DNA of 9,010 bases from Takakia lepidozioides. Taxonomy: Eukaryota; Plantae; Bryophyta. How positions within the stretch are numbered: position 1 is the first letter of the stretch; every line of letters begins with the position of its first letter. The notes beneath the pieces are model-generated. The model did not search any database, was not told where the DNA came from, and worked only from the letters and a program-made list of their open reading frames with translations. The DNA lies in contig JAKLZA010000339.1 in assembly GCA_030704615.1 (NCBI GenBank), positions 1-9,010 on the forward strand. The letters run 5' to 3'. Positions 1-8,765 of the stretch are shown here, piece after piece. The translations under genes were made by a program, and so were the position numbers.

Positions 1-326
1 AGGCTAAGTTTCCAATGCTTGTACATTCAAGAACACTGTCTGGTCATGAAAACAGGTCTGCCCTACATTGTAGCATGTTACCAGATCTCTTTAAAGCCAT
101 CAGCTTGTCATATCGTTGCTCCATTGTCACATCAGTATGCCATAGGGAACAAGAGATAGTCGCCCTAATGATTGTCATAAAGTAACAATCGGGAAATCTT
201 ATATCAGACTTTTAGTGTTTACCCACCCCTTATTTTGGGTGTACAAAACCAAAGGGGGCAGGTATTGGGACTTAGGTAATGAAGTCTGGCAGGGGTTTAC
301 CGCCTGGTTATAGAGGTTTACTATTT

Positions 327-577
327 CATGAGCAGAAACCATGAGCCATGAGCCATGAGCCGCATGAGCCGCATGAGCGGTGAGCCGAAGTCTAAGATAC
401 GCGGATTTCATGAGCGGACTCCTCCAAATTTGGAAATGCGGCAGATTAAACAAGTATTAAAATAATAGTTTTTTATTTGACCTTGCCGTTTTTGGACGTT
501 CCAGATCATGTAATGCGGCGAAGATATGTCGTCAGTAACAAGTCCGCTCATGGTTTTTTAGATCCGCTCATGGAAAT
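327..577. repeat. Cluster of CATGAGC(CG/GG) short repeats with inverted copies
   Basis: CATGAGC at 327, 340, 347, 354, 363, 372 and 409. Inverted copies AGTCCGCTCATG (541-552, perfect reverse complement of 409-420) and TCCGCTCATGGAAAT (563-577). Confidence 0.85.
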
Positions 578-890
578 AAGTGACCGTGCAACGGGAAATC
601 CAGTATACCACTGCAAAAGGACGTCGCATACTGGCCTGTATAGAGTATTCCGCGGTTTTACATGCCTTAACATTGGAATGAAGCTGACCCTTTTGCCGCG
701 ATTGAACCAATGGAGTCTGCACCAATACAGTCTGCAGTACTTCACAATTCTGTCTTCTTCGGGTATTCGGCGGGAAAGGTTTGCAACTGAACTGGGAAAT
801 AGGGTGCCGCATTAGGGTTCGCACGTGTGAAATTTCGGAGCGGTTTGGTGTTGGCGAAGGCCGCCTCTGGGGGTACCTACGACGATACTT

Positions 891-912
891 GGAAATGCGG
901 CGCCGCATTTCC
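891..912. repeat. Solitary perfect 22-bp palindrome identical to the array consensus
   Basis: GGAAATGCGGCGCCGCATTTCC. Partial copies nearby at 432-443 (GGAAATGCGGCA), 512-520 and ~794-812 (GGAAATAGGGTGCCGCATT). Confidence 0.95.
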
Positions 913-1163
913 TTGTCGGAGGTCGAATGAGGAAAGCAAGTTTTCGGAAAGCAGAAAAACATGAACCCTCCAACATACAAAAATACATGCACGTGGAAAC
1001 AAGTGAACGATATAGTAATATCTTAGTTCGAGCAAAACAGGTTACTGGTAGGGAAGACATATGTCGGACCTTTGTGTGGCCAGAGTCTGAGGTACTGGCA
1101 GCAGTACAGTTCTACTATCCGAAAAGGATGGGCGTACCATTGTATGTGGACCGCAAGCCAAGC

Positions 1164-4100
1164 TCACTGGTCCCCTGGATCCATATTCAGAAGAGTGTGA
1201 ACCTCCTGGGGGCTCAACCCTGGTGCATGTATGAAGTGATGAGTTGTGGAATTACAACGGAGTCTCTTTAGGTACACGTAGTACAAATGCTTGCAAGGGC
1301 AGTATGATGCCCCCTTGTTCGCCATGATCTGGAAGTCGGTGCAATTGCAGGTGGGTAATTCTGAAATGGTGATGGTGTACACCTCATTGCGAACAGCTGA
1401 GCCCGCCGTGGCCATCTGATACACACGCCCGAATCCTGGTGGGGGCACTTCTGTCGAGCTCTGGATTGTACAGTTCATCCGAAGTGCATTCCCCATCCTT
1501 GTCTCGTTCACTTTTGAGGGAGGTCGCCGCCTCTTCGGTTTCCCCCAACGGTGTGTAGGATGCTTAGAGCTGTCGTGTCCCATTGTTCTTGCTCTCACAG
1601 GGGTCGGTGGTGGAGGCTGTGGAAGCGGAAATGGTTGTCTGGGGACGTCAGTGCGCTGCACCATCCGAAATCCTGCAGCGGTAAGGGCGTCGGCCTCAAC
1701 CTGACTCAGATCGCAGCCTGGTTCCACCGGCCACACCGGGGGAGCCTCTGGCATTGTTTGTATGCCGTACTTGGGCTTTCCATACACGCAAGTCATAATG
1801 TCGTGCCTGCAGAACCAGAACTGGGTGGTTGTCGCCTCCGCAAACTTTGCATGGACAAATCTTCCTGTAAAAGTAGGAGCAGGGACAGCCCCATCTGGAT
1901 TCCTCCTTATCATCTCTAAACAACGTTGCCGTGTATCCACACGAATTGCGGAACACCTTCCTCGAAACGACGGCTTTGTGCGAGCAATTCTCCACTGTGA
2001 TGCAGACACAGTCGTCTCCACAATGGCTTGGCCATACTGCATAACAGCGGGCGGAATCTGGGGCAAGGGAGCGGTGGGAATTTGTTGCACGAAATCCCCG
2101 GTTGAAGGCGACGGCGATCTGGAATTTCTTGGGCTTCCACTGCTGGAAGACACATTGTGCGGCAACATGACGGGACCTCGAGGTGCTGTCCGAATGTTCC
2201 TGTCGGATCTCCAGGAATCCTCTTCGCACCCGGGTTCCTCTTCAATCCTCCGCCTGACAGGGCGAGTCCGGACGTCCCCCTCTAGGTGTTCACCTCTGCG
2301 GTGCAGAGGCGTCCCTTTGATCTTCTCTCGCAATGCTGTCGCCCATTTCACTGGATTCTTGGACCTCGAAGCTGTTCGTACCAACAATTCCTCCCTGTCC
2401 GGCCCAAAGCCCCATTGTTTGCCGCTCAGGAACTTGTAGTACGTGGCTTGCTGCATGATTGCTCTGTCGATGTCCTCCGTTGTGGCCGTCACTACGTCCA
2501 CCAGATGTGCGGCAGAAGACGCTCGCCAGGAGGAGTGGACCGATTCTGCCATATTCGTGTTCGGCATGTCCGTGTCGGAATCCAAGCACCGCTCCTAGAA
2601 GGACACAAACAATGGTGAGGGACCAATCGAAATGTCCGTAACAGAAAGACAAATGAACGAAATTGACAGCAGCCTACCTCCCGCATGTACTGTCCGAACT
2701 GTCGATACCGAAAATGCCACCACCCCAACCAGCTGTGCAATGCTCCCAGATTGGTTGTCTCCACTGCACCTGACGTGTTCCACCAAGCCTCGATGATAGC
2801 AAACTTAACCTCCGCGTCATCAAATGTGGGTGCATCCTTCCACGCCGTACAAAGGACACGGTGTTCAGCCTGGAATGAGCTAGCAACAAATTTGGTAGTG
2901 TAGTGGGATAGACTCTGCATCCAATGGAATCCACAGGATCTCTCTTTCCCCTCCATTGGAACATTGGGGTCCTCACCGTACACACGCCGCACCGCTGCCC
3001 AGTTGGCCTGAGCGTTGTCTGCCATGAATCCCCTGAAATTGGGCTCTGGCAATCCCGCCCTTGCCATCTGCTTGTTTATGCCCTCCCACAGATGCATCTC
3101 GGACTGTGTGTCCTCCCCTTTCATCTCGCAGATTGCAATCGTCATGAGCCTCTTGGAGTGATAGTCATAAACATGCGCACCCATAGTCACCCACTGATGG
3201 TTTGTAATTCGCTTGATGTGATCAAACATCACCCAAGCATTCGACAAGTTTCAGTTGTCATGCGAGTGACCAAGTCGACTCCACTCCCAGGCCCACACGT
3301 CGACATTTTGAAAATGTAACAACGATCGGATTCGCTGCCTTGCCCTGGAAACCTGCTACCTTGGATGTAGTCATATCCAGTCATTCGTTTCACCTCCAGG
3401 ATTGAGTACATGTCCGACCCCCTGCCGAACTCCTGCTTGCAAGATACGATGTGATTCCGCACATTCGGACTACAAACGTGCGAGACGGACTCCAAGAGGT
3501 CACGCATCTCGTCTTCGGTCAAGGGCTCTCGGTCGGAACCATCTTCAGACATGATTTTGCCAAGAGCAATCTTGTGGCTGCCTTCAGCTGAATCTGCTTT
3601 GGTCTGGCTCCGGGGCTCAATTTCACCTCCTCTTTTATGATGTCGTGTGCTTCCTGCACAGCCTCACGCATGTTGCCTCTCGCCAAGGGGTGGCAGTGGA
3701 CCCCAACGTGTATGCAAGCTCTAGTCAAGTCCGGGAGCAAATGGATAACGTAATATTGCTTGGCTCTGCACATGGACATGCACGTCGGTGGTTCTTTGCA
3801 ATGTGCACACTTGAAAGAACCCGCAGGAGCTTGGCTGGAGACAATGAATGGATGATGCGTTGTGCCAGTCCAATCCGTCTCGTTTCTCCGCCCTCCTTTG
3901 GAGAGAAAGTGGAAGCAGGTGGGATTGAGGCACCTCAGCTTCCCCGCACAGAGGACATATCGTACACGAACACCATCAGCAATTTTCGTGCTACTGGTCT
4001 TCGTCACACACCAGGGGTGTCCGTCATGCTTTCGATCCATGTCTGTTAACATCCCGGAGGCTTTCTTTGACGAAGAAACAGGTGGAAACTCGAAGATGAC

Positions 4101-4768
4101 ATTGCCATCGACTTCGGGAGGTAGAAACGTTACCTTTCTGACTGGGAATTTGGCATAGTCGAGAGCAGCCAGCTCGGAGCGAGAACCATCGAGGTGATGT
4201 TGTCGTAGGAGCTGCACAATGGACCGGGTTGGAGTTATGCTCGAGGGCACATGCGTAGCACCTACAGAGACGTCCATGCCGGATTTGAACGACCGTGTGG
4301 AGGACATGGGTACCTCAATGCAATCATCTTCCTCGTCGGAAATGTCGAATACGTCCACACGAGAAGCTATGGAGGGTCTTGACGGTCCAGGTCGGGAATG
4401 ATTATCGTTGCATACCTCTCTGTTGGCAGTGGCCGCCTCTCGGTTTCCGGACTCCTTTGTGGATGGTGTGGGCAGCGACTGATTCGGAAAGGGAATGGGC
4501 ATTCCCACAGCTCGGTACAGGATGGTGTCTGACGGGGAACGTGCCATTCGATTCCGCAACCTCCGTCGTTACCTAGCACGACAATGGTCTCGTCAACCTG
4601 TCCAGGAACATCCTTCCTTTCTTCTTCCAAATAAATTGTGCCCGGTTTGAGCTTGAATTTGGAACAAAGGTAAGTTTCAGTCACTCTGCAAAGTCCTCCC
4701 TCGTTTGGGATCCAGGCTCTCCCAAGTTGCGGAGGACAGCAAACTATAGCGTAGGAATTCGGAGCCAT
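1164..4768 (-). CDS. GCM-domain MULE/Mutator transposase with SWIM zinc finger (~1,174 aa reconstructed; 3 frameshifts, 1 intron)
   Basis: Model complement(join(1164..2594,2678..4768)), likely start MAPNSY at 4768. It joins ORFs 4367..4984, 3519..4559, 3229..3552, 2492..3247 and 1164..2585. Motifs: VMFDH (D 3221-3223), FMADNAQA (D 3017-3019), CGFHW (2921-2935), TNMAESVH (E 2544-2546), SWIM CNC-x15-CKH (1287-1349). Each of the three junctions (~4535, ~3572, ~3252) is repaired by adding one base. The 5' start is the least certain part. Confidence 0.88.
1275..1380 (-). other. SWIM zinc finger
   Basis: YTITISELPTCNCTDF...YCPCKHLYYVY fits CxC-xn-CxH with the typical preceding YxV/I strand. Confidence 0.9.
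2530..3240 (-). other. MULE DDE catalytic domain (interrupted by intron 2595-2677)
   Basis: D...FMAD...A..AV..VY...CxFHWxQS followed, after a helical insertion, by TNxAESxH. This is the standard Mutator/IS256 D-D-CxxH-E signature. Confidence 0.88.
2595..2677 (-). other. 83-bp phase-0 spliceosomal intron
   Basis: Minus strand reads GAG|GTAGGC...T-rich...TGTCCTTCTAG|GAG. Removal fuses QFGQYMRE to ERCLDSDTDMPNTNMAESVH in frame. Confidence 0.88.
3687..4146 (-). other. GCM-like (WRKY-GCM1 superfamily) zinc-binding DNA-binding domain of the transposase
   Basis: DGHPW...RYVLCAGKLRCLNPTC...CAHC...C...IHVGVHCHP follows the GCM pattern GW...CLGVxxC...C...CxxC...C...GxHxHP. WRKY-GCM1 fold domains are established DNA-binding modules of MULE transposases. 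Confidence 0.72.
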
Positions 4769-5195
4769 CGAACACCGCACGGAGTTGGCAAGTGCGAGGT
4801 TCAGTATAGCGACAGACCAAGGCTCACAGGCACCATCTAAGTGGATCTGCGGAGTCCATCGACGATTGGAAGTCGCACATTGAAGTGGAAAGTATTGTTT
4901 CAAGCTACATGCATGAAGGTGGGAGGTTTGATTCCATAGCCAGTGAGTATGACAATGATGGCCGATTCGGCGACGAAATAACATCTCCTGACAGTTTCTC
5001 CTGAGGGTGGATCCAGCAGTATTCTCGGTGCAGACAGGAACGTTTGCACTGACAAGTGCCAGGACTGCTGGTTAAAACGGTCAGACAACCAAGTTGTGCT
5101 CATCAAGACTGGCCGCAATTGTGTTGTTTCGGAACAATGCAACCCATTCAGGTTCCAGATTTCCCGTCCCGAGTGATTCTTTCGATTGCTGGTGG

Positions 5196-6940
5196 ACGGA
5201 AATACGGCGCCGCATTTCCGTATTGCATCTTGGTCATGCACCAGAGCGACGGAAATGCGGCACCGAGTTTCCGTTCGGGGGAAACCTTTATACTCTCCAG
5301 AACGGAAATGCGGTAACGCATTTCCATCCAGCAAGCACGGTATGTGAAGGTGGAACGGAAATGCGGTACTGCATTTCCGTTCTGATTGAGATTTATGAAC
5401 AACGGGAACAGAAATGCGGCACCGCATTTCCGTCCGAGTCGCACTTTTCCGACATTTCAGAACGGAAATGCGGCGCCGCATTTCCATTTTGTATCTGATG
5501 CATGGAGCTGAGGGATTGAAATGCTGCAGCACATTTCCGTCCTTAAAAGACATTCATACTCTCCAGAACGGAAATGCGGTACCGCATTTCCGTTCTGATT
5601 GAGATTTACGAACAACGGGAACAGAAATGCGGCACCGCATTTCCGTCCGAGTCGCACTTTTCGACATCAGAACGGAAATGCGGCGCCGCATTTCCATTTT
5701 GTATCTGATGCATGGAGCCGAGTGCGATTCCGACAGCTTCATACAGCGCAATTCCGACCGCTTGAGACATTCATACTATCCAGAACGGAAATGCGGCAAC
5801 GCATTTCCGTTCTGACTGAAAAATCGTGAACCATCTGAACTAAAATGCGGCACCGTATTTCCATCCGAGTCGCACCTACCAACATTCCAGAACGGAAATG
5901 CGGTACCGCATTTCCGTTCTGACTGAAAATCGTGAACATCGGAACTGAAATGCGGCAACGCATTTCCATCCGAGTCGCACCTCCCAACATTCCAGAACGG
6001 AATGTATTAGATTCAAAAGGGAAATGCGGCACCGCATTTCCGTTCTGATGAAATATCCTGAAACTCGGAACTGAAATGCGGTACCGCATTTCCGTCGGAG
6101 TCGCACCTTCCGACATTCCAAAACGGAAATGCGGCGCCGCATTTCCTTTTGTATGTGAGGCATGGAGCTGTGGAACGAAAATGCGGCACGGCATTTCCGC
6201 CAGCGTCAAACGTTAATACTCTACAGAACGGAAATGCGGTACCGCATTTCCATTCTGACTGAAAATCGTGCGCAACGGGAACAGAAATCCGGCACCGCAT
6301 TTCCGTTCGAGTCGCACCTTCCGACATTCTAGAACGGAAATGCGGCGCCGCATTTCCGTTTTGTATATTGGGCCTGGAGCTGTGCTACGAAAATGTGTAG
6401 CCGCATTTCCATCCATGTGAGACCTTCAAACTTTCCGGACCGGAAATGCGGCACCGCATTTCTGTCCAGGTGAGACCTCTATACTTTCCCGAACGGAAAT
6501 GTGGCACGGCATTTCCATTCATCATCTAACGGATGTGAAGTGGGAACGGAAATGCGGTACCGCATTTCCGTTCACATTGAAAATCATGAACCACGGGAAC
6601 TGAAATGTTGTGCCTCATTCCCGTCCCAATCGCACCTTTCGACATTCTAGAACGGAAATGCGGCGCCGCATTTCCCTTTTGAATCTCATACTTGGAGCTG
6701 TGGGACGGAAATGCGGCACCGTATTTCCGTTCAACAACTAAGGTATGTGAAGGTGGAACGGAAATGCGGCACCGTATTTCCGTTCAACAACTAAGGTATG
6801 TGAAGGTGGAACGGAAATGCGGTGCCGCATTTTCTTCCAACAAGTACGGATGTGTAGCTTCGTGATGGTACTTAACGGAAATGCGGCGCCGCATTCGCAT
6901 TTTCGCTCCAAATCATCAGACGCTGGGACGGAAATACCTT
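5196..6940. repeat. 53-bp-period array of palindromes GGAAATGCGG-YR-CCGCATTTCC with higher-order spacer structure
   Basis: Core starts counted at 5198, 5251, 5304, 5357, 5410, 5464, 5517, 5570, 5623, 5674, 5787, 5841, 5894, 5946, 6020, 6072, 6125, 6177, 6230, 6283, 6336, 6389, 6442, 6495, 6548, 6601, 6654, 6707, 6760, 6813, 6877 (31 copies). Partial copies at ~5734, 5999 and 6930. Confidence 0.97.
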
Positions 6941-7169
6941 GAAATGTGAACACGTGGAGCAACGGAATTGCTGCACATGTCGGCACTCTATCTGACTGAA
7001 GGGGCATGAGGCGGCGCGGCCTGACCGTTCGATAATGATGTTTGTTTTTCGGACGGCAGGCGTACCCTCAACGATTCGAATTTCGTAATGACGCAAACTC
7101 CACGAGGAGACACTTCGTCCAACCCTTTCGAACCCAAGTGGTGCATCACCGCCGTTTCATCTACTTTTG

Positions 7170-7248
7170 TCGTGTCTCCTCAGTCACCCCTCTCGCGCTC
7201 TTTCCATCTGCACTCTTTGGCCCTTTTCCCTCTCTCTGTTCTTCTTAT
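7170..7248 (+). promoter_or_regulatory. CT-rich tract, possible core promoter Y-patch / 5' UTR of the plus-strand gene
   Basis: Strongly pyrimidine-biased stretch about 90-160 bp upstream of the ATG at 7334. Such tracts are common near plant transcription starts. Confidence 0.35.
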
Positions 7249-7417
7249 GCTCGAACCTGAGAGGGGGGGAGTTCGTGCACCAGCCAGGAGACCTCGTCGC
7301 AAGCTCCGGAAATTATACTTCGGACGTAGGCCAATGCCGAAGGGGAGGAAGCAGATGCGTCTACAGGAGGAGATTGCCATCTCCGAGCAGCAGGCCACTC
7401 AGGCAACCCAGCCACCA

Positions 7418-7541
7418 GTGAGAGCTCCATGCGATCGGGCTGCGCGCAGCTGATCGAGCACCGAACCCCCCATTTTGCTTCTGTAATTCTTAGACTGAAT
7501 GCTAGAGACTTGAATGCAGAACATGTTTGCATGCCTAACAG
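7418..7541 (+). other. Probable intron in the ParB-like gene (acceptor uncertain)
   Basis: CCA|GTGAGA donor at 7418. Candidate acceptors are TTCTTAG 7493, TGCAG 7519 and CTAACAG 7541. The frame after splicing cannot be fixed because of nearby indels. Confidence 0.4.
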
Positions 7542-8765
7542 GAAAGGTGGACGTGCTGGAGGGATCGCAGGAATCCGAAGAGCCGCAGAAGAGTTCGAGG
7601 AGCTAGCTGCAGCACGTACACCCACCCGATCCCCGAGCGCGGGTATTCCTGCCGGGCCTAGCCCTCTGCGATTCAAAGACGCGTCTTCGAAGGGCAAGTT
7701 CAAAGTGCCAGAGATCGACTCGCGTTCTTCGGTCATGGAGAATCTCCAGCAGGGGTCGGGCCCTTCTCCAGCAAAGTCGAAGAAGAAGCAGCCCGTCCCT
7801 CTACTGGCTTCTGAACCGGCTCAGCCGATTCACCCCCCCCAACGCGAATGAAGCAGCAGGGTAGAAGACAGATTCAATTGCAGCAGACACCTTCACCTGC
7901 AAGGATGAGGAAGCAGAAGGCAATCAGGGCGACGGGCGAACAATCTCCCGCAAAAACCGCTTCCACGAGCTGAAGCTCAGTTCCTGGAGGATTTCCCGCC
8001 TGCAGATGTTGGGGCCGACTCTGCTGCAGCGAAGGCAAACATGGATCGACCGTTGATCTCGATTTGGTACCGGAGGAGGGTGCTGCCGCTCAACGTTTCG
8101 CAGCAAAGACCTCACCACCGATGAGCAGCAGGCCCGGAGGAGGCCTCTGCAATGGCGAATTGCCCGCAGACAGGCCCCAGAGTGCAGCTCCAGTTGAGGA
8201 TGCTCCAGCTGCTCAGCCACTCCCGGCACCTACAGACATGTCTCCGGAGGATTTCAAAAGGCAGCGGATAATGTTGGAGGAGACACACAGTAGCATTGGC
8301 GAGTTCTGGGCAGCAGGGTATTCCAGCGGACCTTCGAATCCCACTCTGTCGCATGGTCTCCCTTCCCATCGTCAGGCAGGCCCTTCCCGAGATGTGGATA
8401 AGCTCAAGTTCGCATTTCGAGAAGGGTACCGTCTGGGATCGGGCAGCGTTTTACGTTTCCATTGAGAATGAGGACGGCGAAGCTCGTGGAACCACTGCCG
8501 ATGAATTGTCAACGTGGGATACCCCACTGGCACCCTCGCACCACAATTCATCGAGGCGACGCTGAAGGGTGATCCATCTTTGGCCATATGTCGGTAAAAT
8601 GTTCTTTGTGTGGGGACGGGAATCACCGACTTTCTCGCCTGGTGGGAGTACATCAAGCAAACCAATGCCAAGCCATTGGCTGGCATTACATTTGGAGTGT
8701 GTCATCCTCAAGGTGAAGGCGGCAGACTCCTCCCTGCTCAAGAATGCCATGGCGGACCTCAACTC

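Noticed and set aside
199-1271. Short ORFs at the left end (199..453, 477..815, 558..992, 927..1271)
   Set aside because: No domain signatures. They overlap repeats and the transposase 3' region, and AHAAHAAH simply translates the CATGAGC repeats.
3687-4146. A host gcm transcription-factor gene
   Set aside because: The GCM-like domain is continuous with a complete MULE DDE core and SWIM finger, so it is part of a transposase.
3250-4540. Programmed -1 ribosomal frameshifting in the transposase
   Set aside because: No X XXY YYZ slippery heptamer at the junctions, and three successive programmed shifts are implausible.
1551-4576. Plus-strand ORFs (e.g. 1762..2439, 2924..3319, 3645..4049) and alternative-frame minus ORFs
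   Set aside because: Antisense or off-frame shadows of the transposase gene with no recognisable motifs.
5196-6940. CRISPR array (palindromic repeat plus constant-length spacers)
   Set aside because: Spacers are not unique but recur in five classes. Repeats are degenerate throughout and fully palindromic without a loop. No cas genes are present, and flanking genes have spliceosomal introns.
5196-6940. Bacterial REP/BIME cluster with RAYT, or integron attC array
   Set aside because: No GTAG/CGTC-type REP foot, no HUH transposase or tyrosine integrase, no cassette ORFs, and the context is eukaryotic.
7004-7014. GCATGAGGCGG as the right terminal repeat matching 371-380
   Set aside because: A single imperfect copy in direct rather than inverted orientation, with no TSD. 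Likely chance.
4900-7096. Many ORFs with EMRRRISV / RKCGAAFPF / NGNAAPHFR repeats on both strands
   Set aside because: These are translations of the palindrome, identical on both strands. The 53-bp period is not a multiple of 3, so frames rotate every unit.
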